A stretch of 64,000 nt of DNA from an uncultured delta proteobacterium (GTDB lineage: Bacteria > Desulfobacterota > Binatia > UBA9968). The notes beneath the pieces were generated by a model. The model made no database searches. It was given only the letters and a program-made list of their open reading frames with translations, and was not told the DNA's origin. Of this stretch, positions 30,503-41,054 are shown piece after piece; within the stretch, counting starts at the first letter, position 1, and each line of letters begins with the position of its first letter. The position numbers and the translations under genes were made by a program. The stretch lies in the NCBI GenBank assembly GCA_963737905.1, contig CAVTUQ010000014.1, forward strand, positions 32,001 through 96,000, read 5' to 3'.

Positions 30503-32088
30503 ATGAAGCAACATCTATGCATTACGAAAAGGCGCGTACTGCGTGCAGCATTATCCGTGGTCACTTTGGCGATTCTCGCATTCAGCGGCAGCGCGCTGGC
30601 GGCCAGTGCAACCCAAATCCCATGGACGGGACCGGCACCCAAAGCCAATTGCGGTCCTTTCGATTGGACCGAAAGCGGATTGCAAGGTCAGACCACGGCG
30701 TGGGAACGCCTGAGCGGCGACTCGGAGGGCGGCTACAACTGCAACCTGGAGCTCGTTGGCCAGTTCCGAGGAGAGGGAGCCTTTTCGCAGGACGGACCGG
30801 CGTACCTTGATCACTGCGCCTACATGGGAACGGAAAATGACCCTCTGCAGCAGCACCCGGGCGTCGTAGTGATCGATGTCTCGGACCCCGCGCATCCGCG
30901 GCCGACCGCGTACCTGGATGACACTCCCGCGGCGCTCAACCCGCACGAGAACCTGAAGGTGAACCAGGCGCGCAAGCTCCTCGGGGTCGCCGAAAACAAC
31001 GGGCCGAATTTCGCCGTTTATGACCTGTCCAACTGCGCTCACCCGATCCTGAAGTCCAGCATCACCGTGCCCGGGAGCCTGGGTCACATGGGTGGCTGGG
31101 CCGAGGACGGCATGACGTACTACATCGGCCAGAACTTTCGAGGCGTCGGCGGCACGATGCCGGTCATTGACGTCGCCGATCCGTCCGATCCGAAGGTGCT
31201 CCTCACCTGGCAGTTCAACGGCGATGGCAGGCCCCACGACCTGACCACCAACAAGGACGGGACGCGGTTATACGTAGTACAACCCGGGAGCTTCGGCGCG
31301 GCGGCGAACAGTTCTTCGTTCGGTCCGGAGTTGCTGGTGATCCTGGACGTGAGCGACATTCAGTTCCGTCGCCCCAATCCGCAGATCCGGATTGTCAGCA
31401 AGATCGGCTGGGGTGACCAGGGGGGGCAGGGGGAGGGGAGCAGCCGCTCCTCGTATCCTACAACGGGCGCCCGCACATCCTCACCACGTCCGAGTCCGGG
31501 CCCCAGGGGGGTGCTGGTGGTCTAGCGGCGGCATGTGCCCGGGGAGTCGGGGCGTACGGTTATGTGCATATCGTCGACATCAGCGACGAGACGAACCCTA
31601 AAATAATCTCCGAGCTCATGGACGAAGTGCACGACCGCCGCAATTGCGAGGCTATGCTCAATGAGCCTCCAGAAGTCGGCGGCGGTATCCTCGACTATTC
31701 CATTGAAAGATGCAATGTGGACCGCCCGGAGAATCCGACGATGGCCGCTTGCGGATCGAGAGGTGTAGGCACCCGAGTTTTCGATATTCGCGATCCCTAC
31801 CACCCTGCAGAGATCGCGTACTGGAAGGGGCCGGCTCCGCGGACGGCTTTCCTTCCCGGATCGGGTAGCTGGTCGCCGGGTGTCGATCGAACCGTCGAAA
31901 AGCAAGCTGGTTTGACGCACTTTCAAAAGGTTCCTGCCGACGGGACGCACGGGCGTGAGTTGCAGCTTTGGATCGTCGGTGATGGCAACGGTTTTCAGGT
32001 CCTCCGCTTTACAAACGCTTTCATGGAGACGGAAGAGGCCAAAGCGCTTCACAAGGACGTTTTCGAGAACTCGATGGACAGTAAATAA
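30503..32088 (+). CDS. Secreted LVIVD-repeat (beta-propeller) protein, frameshifted near 31420-31560
   Basis: Signal peptide ending SALA; repeats VVVIDVSDPAHP, PVIDVADPSDP, LVILDVSD, HIVDISDETNP and RVFDIRDPYHP across ORFs 30485..31525 and 31564..32088. G homopolymers at the break. Confidence 0.75.
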
Positions 32089-32392
32089 ATCGTCAGGCAG
32101 ATAGCAAGCCGGGCAAGCGCAATGTGAAATCTGCGTATCCGATTTACCGGCTGTCACAACGATGCTGGCTCTTCGACCGCGGTCGAAGAGCCAGTTTAAA
32201 GGTGTGGCCTTAGCTGCGCGGTCCCGCCCGGCGCACATCCGTCTCTTAGACGGTTCGCTGTATACCTGGCTCGGCGCGAAAGCGCTGAGCCAGTTTTCAT
32301 TGATGGGCGGGAATCAGCGAGGCATCCTCTTGTAACCGAAATCCCGACGTTCCATTTACATTCGACTCAGGCCAGGGCAAGCCGATGGATCA

Positions 32393-32635
32393 GTGGACGT
32401 CCGGCTTGCTGTGATGATGATGCGATACTTTCTCGACTTCGGGCCGATGTTCGAGGACGGCATTCTGTCGAATTACCCGCCCTCAGTCGCGGGACGCCCC
32501 GCTTATCCGATCTTTGTGTCGAAAGTGGACGAAGACGGCAGCGAATTGGCCGGCGTCCGGTTGCCGCCGGTCCAGGCACCGGTTGCCACCACCACGGCTG
32601 GGCATTGCGCCGCTTGCGCGGACGATTTCGCTTGA
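32393..32635 (+). pseudogene. Remnant of an alpha/beta-hydrolase-domain gene (C-terminal fragment)
   Basis: RYFLDFGP...YPIFVSKVDEDGSELAGVRLPPVQAPVATTT aligns by eye with RYRFDFGP...YPSFVPKTDKDGNDIAGVRLPDVTVPLATYTGW of the next gene. Confidence 0.72.
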
Positions 32636-32889
32636 CAAGAAAATTTGAACGGCAGTATGACCAACCATTAACTACCAGCCCGAACGATCATGACTCGTTG
32701 AGTCCACAGGCCAGGCCCTGAGTGGAAAAAGGAGAACTGAAACATGTTCCCGTATCATGTGTCCCACAAGAGGCTCTCGTACTTTATGGGCGGTGAGATT
32801 TCCACTCGGGGCTTTCGGTAACGCCTTCAACCAATCATCGTCTCCTTCAGACGTCTAAAAGGAAATCTTTTAACCGGAGGGATAAAAAG

Positions 32890-35178
32890 ATGATTTGCAC
32901 AGTTGAGCTTATGAAACGAACCACGATTCTCTGGGTGTTCCTCGCGCTGCTGCTGCTTCCGGTGCTTTCCGATGCGCGCGTCATTAGCGTTCAGATGAGT
33001 GCCCCCACGATCGCGTTTGGCGGCTACTCGTGGCCGGGCGTCGGACAGTACGAGAAAATTACCGGCGTAGCCTACGCCGAGGTCGATCCCGCCGATCACA
33101 GGAACTCGATCATCGTCGATATCGGGCTTGCCGAGCCGCAACCCGCTCCCGGAGAGCCAGGCAAGACTCCCAGCGGAAAAGTCGCGTACTTATTAAACTT
33201 CTATATTCTCAAGCCGGTCAATTTGAACCAGGTCGATCGTAAACTCAACGGCTACGGCAAGATGATGTATGAGCCGCCCAACCGGGGCAATAAGACGTGG
33301 GCCGCCTTGGGCCGAATTACCACCGGTCCCGGTGGTGCGAGCGACCCCGCTTCTATCGTCGACCAGACAGTCTTGGCAAACTCGTTTCTGATGCCACGGG
33401 GTTATACGCTAGTCTGGAGTGGGTGGGAACCATTGGTGCCCCTTGCCGACTTGGGCACTACCCCGACCCAGGCCGTTGCGTTGCCGATCGCCAAAAATGC
33501 AGACGGCTCAACGATCACGGGGCCGGCATACGAATACATTGTGACCTCGGCGAACTCATTCGAGTTAAGTTATCCGGCCGCCAACGCGGCGGACAAAACC
33601 ACAGCAAAGCTAACCCATCGCGTTCATCTTGACGACGTGCCGCAACTCATTCCGGCTTCGGGTTGGGAATATACTGACGCGACCGGGACAGCAATCCGCC
33701 TGCTTTCGTCCACGGGCACGCCCGCGAACTTCGTCGCCAACGACATCTATGAGTTCTCGTACACGGCCAAGGATCCGACCGTGGCCGGTCTTGGCTTTGC
33801 GGCCGTTCGCGACTGGGTTTCCTGGTTGCGCTACGAGGCGCAGGATGACAACGGTACGGCGAACCCGCTGTCCAACTACATCACCCGGATCTATACCGAA
33901 ATCTCTTCGCAACCTGGACGTATGTTCAACGACTTCCGAACTCTCGGCTTCAACGAAGACGATCGCGGCAAAGTCGGCAGAAAGGTGTTCGACGGCCACA
34001 TGCAGTGGATCAGTGCGGGCAGCGGCATCGGCATGAACTTCCGGTTCTCGCAGTCCGGCCGCACCGAGCGCAACCGCCAGGACCACCTATTTGGCGAAAA
34101 TCTCTTTCCATTCGCCAATGTGAGGACGACCGATCCGTTCACGGGCATTACCGCTAGCCGATATGACGCATGTCAGCTGACCAACACGTGCGCGTTCGGA
34201 GTGGAGATCTATTCGGCCAACGAGTACTGGGTCAAAACGGCTTCGCTACTGCACACCCAGCCGGACGGCAGCGCCGACCTTCCTGATTCGGCGTTCACCC
34301 GCAATTATTTTATGTCCAGCATGCAACATGGGACCGGCAACGCCACGAGCAGAGGGAATTGCCAGCAGTTCGGGAATCCGTTGAGTTCGTCCCCGGTGCA
34401 GCGCGCGCTGTTTCTCGCGTTGGATGCATGGGCCGACGACGGCACACCGCCCCCTGCAAGCAGGGTGCCCCGGCTCGACGACGGGACCTTGGTGCTGCCG
34501 GCAAACACTGGTTTCCCGATCACTATCCCAGATACCGGCGGGCTAGCCCCGAGCGGCAAAGTAACTTACACAGGTCTGAAGACCAGTCGCTACCGGTTTG
34601 ACTTTGGGCCGGGCTTTTACGACGCCAGTAACCCGGCCACCTTCGGCATCCCGACCATCTTTCCGCCCGTGATCACCCCGCCGCTCATGCCGCTTCTGAC
34701 GGACGCAGCGGTGCCGATCATGTCGGTGAACGGTCCGGTTTATCCCAGCTTCGTGCCGAAGACGGATAAAGACGGCAACGACATCGCGGGCGTGCGGCTA
34801 CCCGACGTGACGGTTCCCCTCGCCACATACACCGGTTGGGCGCTACGAGCGGGACCACAGCTCAACGACGGTTGTGAAGGCACCGGCCAGTACATCCCGT
34901 TCGCCAAGACCGAGACCGAGCGCAAATCCTCCGGCGATCCGCGCCGGTCGATCGAGGAGCGCTATGCATCTTTCGATAACTACTACGATCGGGTAAGACG
35001 CGCGGTCGACAATATGGTCAAGGATCGCTTGCTGCTGTGTGAGGACGCCGATGACCAGATCGCGCGACTGGTCAATGCAGGACTGGCCGCAGGTGTCCCG
35101 ACACCCAGCGGTGAAATGCCTCCGTTGGAGTCGGAGCACTGCCACAAGCTGTTCAGGTCCAAGGACGGCAACAAGTAA
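32890..35178 (+). CDS. Secreted alpha/beta hydrolase domain protein (Abhydrolase_10-like)
   Basis: Signal peptide, NRG, GYTLVWSGW, GLGFAAVRD, SSQPGR nucleophile elbow, EYW, QHG, DxDGN and GDPRRSIEERY. Confidence 0.75.
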   Translation: MICTVELMKRTTILWVFLALLLLPVLSDARVISVQMSAPTIAFGGYSWPGVGQYEKITGVAYAEVDPADHRNSIIVDIGLAEPQPAPGEPGKTPSGKVAYLLNFYILKPVNLNQVDRKLNGYGKMMYEPPNRGNKTWAALGRITTGPGGASDPASIVDQTVLANSFLMPRGYTLVWSGWEPLVPLADLGTTPTQAVALPIAKNADGSTITGPAYEYIVTSANSFELSYPAANAADKTTAKLTHRVHLDDVPQLIPASGWEYTDATGTAIRLLSSTGTPANFVANDIYEFSYTAKDPTVAGLGFAAVRDWVSWLRYEAQDDNGTANPLSNYITRIYTEISSQPGRMFNDFRTLGFNEDDRGKVGRKVFDGHMQWISAGSGIGMNFRFSQSGRTERNRQDHLFGENLFPFANVRTTDPFTGITASRYDACQLTNTCAFGVEIYSANEYWVKTASLLHTQPDGSADLPDSAFTRNYFMSSMQHGTGNATSRGNCQQFGNPLSSSPVQRALFLALDAWADDGTPPPASRVPRLDDGTLVLPANTGFPITIPDTGGLAPSGKVTYTGLKTSRYRFDFGPGFYDASNPATFGIPTIFPPVITPPLMPLLTDAAVPIMSVNGPVYPSFVPKTDKDGNDIAGVRLPDVTVPLATYTGWALRAGPQLNDGCEGTGQYIPFAKTETERKSSGDPRRSIEERYASFDNYYDRVRRAVDNMVKDRLLLCEDADDQIARLVNAGLAAGVPTPSGEMPPLESEHCHKLFRSKDGNK

Positions 35179-35207
35179 AAAGACTCAGGCTTGGCAAGCC
35201 GATGTCG

Positions 35208-35240
35208 GCTCACCGCCGTGGCGCTCCCGCGGCGGTGAGC
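35208..35240. terminator. GC-rich hairpin between convergent genes
   Basis: GCTCACCGCCGTGG-loop-CCGCGGCGGTGAGC, a 14-bp stem with no clear U-tract. Confidence 0.45.
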
Positions 35241-35356
35241 ATGCCCTCAGACTGACGAGTTCGTTTGGCCGCTGACAAACCGAAACGTTTCAAGTTTTTC
35301 GCCGAGTGGAGACAGCCTTCTCTCCTGTTGAACCGCCGTAGCGTCAGTTGCCGCGA

Positions 35357-37432
35357 TTATGGGACGGCCGCGTCGTTTGCCGCGGCGATGATGCTGTCTC
35401 GATCTTCGGGAAGCAACAGTCGCTTGCTGACGAGGTCGTTCGCTGCTGCGGTGACTTTGGCAACATAGTCGTCATGCGTCGGATACCGCTCCTCCAATGA
35501 CAGGCGCGGATCGCCAGCGGCTTCCCGCTCGGCTTTGGTCTTGAAAAAGGGAATGTAGCCGCCGGTGAGGTCACAGGAATCACCCTCGCTGAAGCCTGCC
35601 TTCCTGATATTCCACCCCGTGTAAGTCCCTAGCGGAACCTGGACGTTCGTGTTCCGCAAACCATCGATGGGGTTGCCGTCAGCATCGACCTGCGGCAGGA
35701 GCACGGTGTAGGCACCACCGGGCATCGAAGGTTCCGTCATGATGCCGGACACGTCCTCCACATCGAAGCGCAGTCCACGATCAAGGTAGACCTTCTGATT
35801 CGTGACACCAGCCACGGTGAAATTTGAAGCGGGGACGTACGGGATTTGAATCTCAGTCTGCTTTACCAAGCTCCCACGACTAATCGAGGAGTAGAGGCTT
35901 TCCGGTGGTTTCGTTCCATCGACCACCCAGTCGCGAAGCGCCACCAACAACGCTCGCTGGGCGTGGAGAAACGGGTTGCTGTTCGAGCGCAGCTGGCAAT
36001 TGTTAGGGAAACCAGGAAGCACCGCCGGCGGTTGTTGGAGCGGATTGCCCCCGCCGTGCTGCGTGCCGGACAGTTGATAGATCCGAACCTCGTCCGGAAT
36101 CGAGACGTCTCGCCTGCCGAAGGAATCGGTAGTGTTCAGCGACATGTCTGCCTGCCACCACTCGGTGTCGGTGTTCGTATGAGTGATCTTGGGACATGTA
36201 TGGGTCCGGCGACAGCGTTCGAGTTGCCCGGCCCTGATTCCCGACAGCGGATCGAAGCTCACGTCCCACGTTTGCGGCGACTCCGCTCCCGGGTACTGCG
36301 CCTCGGTGTGCTGCGTTCCCGATAACCGTGTCGGCTGCGCGAAGCGGATGTTGAATGCGCCACGGTTGGAGGCCTTGTGCGGTATCGCCCCTTCGACCAC
36401 CTGTCGGCGATGCTCGTCTTGATTGAACCCCAGTTGGATGAAGGTGCGAATCCAGCGGCCGCTCTGCGACGAACCGTAGATGATGGCGTTCTCTAGTCCA
36501 TCGCCCAGCGGATTGCCGTGATTGCCGCTGCGCAAGAAGGAAATGAAGTCCCGCGTCGCCGCGAAGCCCAAACCCATCACCATGGGATTCTTTGCCGTGT
36601 AGAGAAGTTCGTAGATGTGGTTTGTATCGAACCCACCCTGAAGACAGACCTTCTTCGTGTCCGGGACGCCGGGGAAGGGTACCGAGGTGCAGTCGGCAAA
36701 GGCCCACTCCAGGTTCGAGATGAGTTCCTTGGGATCGTTCTGATGGACGCGCCGCGTCAATGTTGCGCCGGAGTTGTCGGCGCTGATGGCCTCGTAGGCT
36801 GGGGGCTCGGTCACATCCAGCGTGTTCGCTGGGGAGCCGAGGATGTATTCAGACCGCACCCGCCCTTTGATCTCGCTGCCGTCACGATGTCTAGCGATCG
36901 GCAAAGTGATCTGGATGCCCGAGGTCACGTCACCTTCCCATCCACTCCACGCCATCGTGTAACCCTCGCGTTCGAGGAAGCCGTCACCAGGGCTGGTCGC
37001 GTTGCCGCCGATGTTCAGGTTCGTGATGCCCTTGTTGCCGCGATTCACGACGTCGTAGATGAGCGTCCCATTGCCGCGGCTCATGTCGATGGGCTTGAGG
37101 ATCGAGATGTCCATCGAGTACTCGACCATGCCGCGGGAATTGCGCGGCGCCAACCCGATGTCGGTGATTATCGCATTGAGGGGATCTCTAGGATTCACCT
37201 CGCCATACGCTCTGCCGTCGAGCTGCTCATATTGTCCGACGGTACCGAATGAGGCGCCGCCAAAGGCCGGTGAAGTCCGCGTCTCGATGACGATCTTCGT
37301 TATTCGTGCTTCTGCCAGGTCATCGCTGTCGAGCACTCCGACCGCCAGCAAGCTCCACAAGAAAACCAGCGGGAGGCGAACGATATGGATAGCTAGAGTA
37401 ATTGTATCTACGCTTCTAGGTTTGTTTGCCAT
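35357..37432 (-). CDS. Secreted alpha/beta hydrolase domain protein, paralog of 32890..35178
   Basis: NRG, GYTMAWSGW, GLGFAATRD, GSSQSGR, EWW, TQHG, DADGN and GDPRLSLEERY. Confidence 0.78.
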   Translation of the reverse strand: MANKPRSVDTITLAIHIVRLPLVFLWSLLAVGVLDSDDLAEARITKIVIETRTSPAFGGASFGTVGQYEQLDGRAYGEVNPRDPLNAIITDIGLAPRNSRGMVEYSMDISILKPIDMSRGNGTLIYDVVNRGNKGITNLNIGGNATSPGDGFLEREGYTMAWSGWEGDVTSGIQITLPIARHRDGSEIKGRVRSEYILGSPANTLDVTEPPAYEAISADNSGATLTRRVHQNDPKELISNLEWAFADCTSVPFPGVPDTKKVCLQGGFDTNHIYELLYTAKNPMVMGLGFAATRDFISFLRSGNHGNPLGDGLENAIIYGSSQSGRWIRTFIQLGFNQDEHRRQVVEGAIPHKASNRGAFNIRFAQPTRLSGTQHTEAQYPGAESPQTWDVSFDPLSGIRAGQLERCRRTHTCPKITHTNTDTEWWQADMSLNTTDSFGRRDVSIPDEVRIYQLSGTQHGGGNPLQQPPAVLPGFPNNCQLRSNSNPFLHAQRALLVALRDWVVDGTKPPESLYSSISRGSLVKQTEIQIPYVPASNFTVAGVTNQKVYLDRGLRFDVEDVSGIMTEPSMPGGAYTVLLPQVDADGNPIDGLRNTNVQVPLGTYTGWNIRKAGFSEGDSCDLTGGYIPFFKTKAEREAAGDPRLSLEERYPTHDDYVAKVTAAANDLVSKRLLLPEDRDSIIAAANDAAVP

Positions 37433-37709
37433 TGGTTCTCCCTCCTTATGTTTTGATCTACTGACTCAGTGGCCTATTCCTCCTCTCGGGCAGTTAATAG
37501 GAACCCTTTGTGGATGGTTGGGGGTTCTGTTTGTGTCAGAAGTGGGACACACTGTCCAATACTTTTTTCGAATGACCGCCATTGGCATTTCTTATATCAG
37601 GTCGCACGGGGACCCCCGTCCGTCTGCCAAGAGAAAAGCAATAGCACCAGATTTCGAGGAAAAATATAATTGTTTGGCGACTGAGAGAAGTGTAGGGAAA
37701 CCAGCTATT

Positions 37710-38531
37710 TCATGGCTTCGTACCTAAAGCAAGGATGGCCGGCATAGGCAATTCTACAGCATCACGCTTTTGATACCTGGTTAATTCATCGCGCATGGCG
37801 CGGCGAATGTTTTCTAGAGCCTCCGGTTTTTGGGCGCGCAGTAGTCCAGCGGTTCGCACCGTGCTCTCTTTCATGAACTCGAACAGGCTGTCGACAGTCG
37901 GCAGGCGCCAAGTTTGCAGAATTTTAATTACCTTGGCTGACTCGAAACCCGCAGCACGCAAGGACCGACTGCACTCATCCGGCTCACTGAAGCGGAAGAA
38001 TGGCGGGCCTTCGGGCAGCGAAACGGTGAGATCGCCATGTTTCTTAATGGCCCCAAGAACGATTCCAAAACCGATCGCTTCCTCCGGTTTGGCCCATGCG
38101 GTGAAGGCAAACCGGCCGCCCGGACGCAGCACACGGCAGGCCTCCGCGAGTGCCTGATCCGGCCGGGCCAAATGCAGGATGCCGAAGTTCATCACCGCCG
38201 CGTCAAATAAAGCATCGCCTAACGGCAATTCCTCCGCGTCGCCCTCGCGAAACTCGATCTCGGGATTGCGCCTCCGAGCTTCCACGACCATAGCCGACGA
38301 GAAGTCAACTCCGATAACCGTTGCGCCGCGTCTTTCGGCAGCCGCAGCCGCATAACCGGGTCCGGTGGCGATGTCGATTACCTTTGTTCCCTTTTTGACT
38401 CCGGCTGCATCGAGAAGGGGCTCTATGCTCTGCGCGGTGAGCTCGCCGAAGGCCTGATGATACGGCTCGGGAATAGCTTGCCAGCCGCTGTGCTCAAAGT
38501 CGCGAAATGAGTGAGGATCAGGATCATTCAT
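37710..38531 (-). CDS. Class I SAM-dependent methyltransferase
   Basis: VIDIATGPG, GVDFS, GDAEELP and RVLRPGG. Start taken at MNDPDPHSF. Confidence 0.88.
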   Translation of the reverse strand: MNDPDPHSFRDFEHSGWQAIPEPYHQAFGELTAQSIEPLLDAAGVKKGTKVIDIATGPGYAAAAAERRGATVIGVDFSSAMVVEARRRNPEIEFREGDAEELPLGDALFDAAVMNFGILHLARPDQALAEACRVLRPGGRFAFTAWAKPEEAIGFGIVLGAIKKHGDLTVSLPEGPPFFRFSEPDECSRSLRAAGFESAKVIKILQTWRLPTVDSLFEFMKESTVRTAGLLRAQKPEALENIRRAMRDELTRYQKRDAVELPMPAILALGTKP

Positions 38532-38647
38532 AGTCGACTGTCTCAGTGTAGACGGATGATGGAACGGCTGTTGCCGGAAAGATTCTCGAATCAGAACGAC
38601 GACGGCATTCTCACCGCGCGTGAAACGAAATGTGACCGCCTGACAGC

Positions 38648-39373
38648 TCAGGGCATGTCTTCCAGCAGCTTGCCAAAGCCTTTCACCGGCTGTCTCACGT
38701 GCAGTCGTTTTTCCACGGACCAGACTCGCGCGGGGACCGGGTGCACAACCGGCACCTGCAAGTCTTCTTCCAGCAAATGAATGATGTCCAGGCAACGCCA
38801 GCCGGTGCCGAGCATGTAGATTCCATCCGCGCCCGGATTCTTGAGAAACGCCTTACGCGTGTGGGCGTAGATTTCCTGCGATGCGAGCCGCCCCACGTCT
38901 TCGAAGGCCACCGAGATTCCTTCCATGGCCATCACGTCGAATCCGGCGTCCCGGAAATAGCTTGCCGTGATATCGTTGACGCTGTTGACGAAGTAAGTCA
39001 CGCCGACCAATTTTTTGATGTTCAGCGCCCGCAGGGCCTCGACTTGAGTCTGAGCAGCGGTAACCATGGGAGTTTTGTATTTGGTTTCCCATTCTTTGAT
39101 AATCTTCTCTTCACCCTTGTAGCCGTGAACCATAAACGGCGGGGCGCCTTCGGGATGGATGAGATCAACGCCCTCCCTGGCTAGCTCCGCGACTTTTTCC
39201 TCAACCGCATTAAGAGCGCCGCGGAATTCATCTTCCGTGCCGCGTTTGAAATTCAAGTAAACCGGAACGACCCCGATCCCTTCGGGCAGTAATCTAATAA
39301 ACTCTTCTAGGGAGCCCGGCCGATGGGTAGGTTTCACCACCCCGACAACACCGCGCCAACTTGCGAACACCAT
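38648..39373 (-). CDS. Maleate isomerase / arylmalonate decarboxylase / Asp-Glu racemase fold protein
   Basis: WRGVVGVVKP, ALRALNIKKL-x-GVTY, YFRDAGFDV, ADGIYM and LEEDLQVPVV pattern. Confidence 0.75.
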   Translation of the reverse strand: MVFASWRGVVGVVKPTHRPGSLEEFIRLLPEGIGVVPVYLNFKRGTEDEFRGALNAVEEKVAELAREGVDLIHPEGAPPFMVHGYKGEEKIIKEWETKYKTPMVTAAQTQVEALRALNIKKLVGVTYFVNSVNDITASYFRDAGFDVMAMEGISVAFEDVGRLASQEIYAHTRKAFLKNPGADGIYMLGTGWRCLDIIHLLEEDLQVPVVHPVPARVWSVEKRLHVRQPVKGFGKLLEDMP

Positions 39374-39390
39374 GACGGACTCCTTGGAGC

Positions 39391-40869
39391 TTATGACTGC
39401 GATTTAAAAACCTGCGGAAACTTCGTTTTCAATTGAGCCCGGACACTCTCGGGCACTTCCACCACTTTGGGGAACTCTCCCTTGAGCTTGCGGTTATAAG
39501 GCATACAGGCGTCGATCAGGATGCGATTATTAAAATTCCCCGGCAGAAACATCGGGTCGCGACCGGATGACCACGCCTTCTGGACGACATCGATGTCCGT
39601 CACCGGGTCGAAGCGCGTCCCCATCGCCCAGAGCACCTGATCGATGTCCGAACAATCCACATCGTCGTCTACGACCACGGTCCATTTGCCGTTATAGGCG
39701 CCCGCCATACAGTTGGCCGCCACATGCAACACATTGCGCGCATGGCCCGGATAGCGCTGCCGAATTTGTATCGCCGTGAACCGGGTGGCCGGTGCGCCTT
39801 CATGATTCCACACACCGAGGATGTCAGGCAGGCCGCAAGCTTCCAGCGCCTTCCAGATCTCGGCCGCCCCGGCGATGCCTTTAAGCAAGCCCGTTTCATC
39901 CACCGGCTTGTGTTGCGGCGCGCAGGTGAGAATCGGATGGTTGCGATACATTACCGTCTTCACATTGAGAGAGGGACGCGGTACCACATCGTCCGAGTAG
40001 TACCCCATCCATTCCCCGAAAGGCCCCTCCGGCTTCGATTGCCCGGGAACGGCCTCACCTTCGAGAACAATTTCCGCATCGGCAGGGATCGGAAACCCGG
40101 TAAAAGGTCCCTTGACAACTTCCACCGGTTCGCCCCGGATGCCGCCGGCGAAGTCATACTCGGAAACTCCGCTGGGCAGCGGGCTGGCAGACAATAGATA
40201 AAGCAGTGGGTCCTGGCCGCACACGATAGCGAACTTGGCGCTCTGTCCCCGTTCAAAATACTTGTCACGATGAATGCGCCCGTGCTTTCCCTCGGTAATC
40301 TGACAGCCGATAGTTTTTTCGTCGTAGACCTGGCAACGGTACGCACCGAAATTATACCACTCGGCATCCGGATCTTTGGTGATGCACATATCGGCAGTAC
40401 CGATGTAGCGATGCGTGTCGGTTTGATGATGCACCGGTACGGGTAGCTCGAGCACGTTGACCTTGTCACCCTCTAGAACATTATCGAAGATCGGGCCGGT
40501 TTTGACGAATTTGGGCTTGATAAATTGCATGTCTTCCATGCGGTGATGATAGGCTTTTACGATATCGGCCTTGCGCTCGTATTCGAGGGGCAGGCCTAGT
40601 GTCAGGGCAACGCGCTTGATCGTGGAAAACTGTCCAAAAAGCGTCCGGTAGCCTTTCGGATAACCAGGAACGTCATCAAAAAGAATTGCCGGCGCCTTTC
40701 CCTTACCGCTCTCCGTCAGCATCTGGGTAATCGCACCCATCTCTCGGTCCCAATGGGCGCCATTAACTTTGAGCAGCTCGCCCAGCTTGTCTACCCGCTC
40801 CAGCCAATCCCGCAAACCGCGGTAGGTTACAGCGCTACTGGAGATTTCCACCTTTTCCGGACGTGCCAT
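39391..40869 (-). CDS. UbiD family decarboxylase (second)
   Basis: LRDWL, ILFDDVPGY, RYIGT, NFGAYR, EGPFGEWMGYY and VVDDDVD...VLWAMGTRFDP. Confidence 0.92.
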   Translation of the reverse strand: MARPEKVEISSSAVTYRGLRDWLERVDKLGELLKVNGAHWDREMGAITQMLTESGKGKAPAILFDDVPGYPKGYRTLFGQFSTIKRVALTLGLPLEYERKADIVKAYHHRMEDMQFIKPKFVKTGPIFDNVLEGDKVNVLELPVPVHHQTDTHRYIGTADMCITKDPDAEWYNFGAYRCQVYDEKTIGCQITEGKHGRIHRDKYFERGQSAKFAIVCGQDPLLYLLSASPLPSGVSEYDFAGGIRGEPVEVVKGPFTGFPIPADAEIVLEGEAVPGQSKPEGPFGEWMGYYSDDVVPRPSLNVKTVMYRNHPILTCAPQHKPVDETGLLKGIAGAAEIWKALEACGLPDILGVWNHEGAPATRFTAIQIRQRYPGHARNVLHVAANCMAGAYNGKWTVVVDDDVDCSDIDQVLWAMGTRFDPVTDIDVVQKAWSSGRDPMFLPGNFNNRILIDACMPYNRKLKGEFPKVVEVPESVRAQLKTKFPQVFKSQS

Positions 40870-41054
40870 CCTAACCTCCCTTGCAAGCACGGGAAACCAC
40901 TATTTCAGAGTGATTTTCATCAACCATATGTTCCACCTCTTGGGTTGTCAAGGAAACCGCCGGGGCGGCTCTTGTTTATGAAACCGGCAAGTGTTAATTA
41001 CAGAACCCGCTGTAGTCCGAAGACGAACTAGACGTTGGGTCAACACCGGGATTT

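Noticed and set aside
38532-38795. Long N-terminal extension of the methyltransferase ORF
   Set aside because: It overlaps the upstream gene and has no domain-like character; the ATG at 38531 is more plausible.
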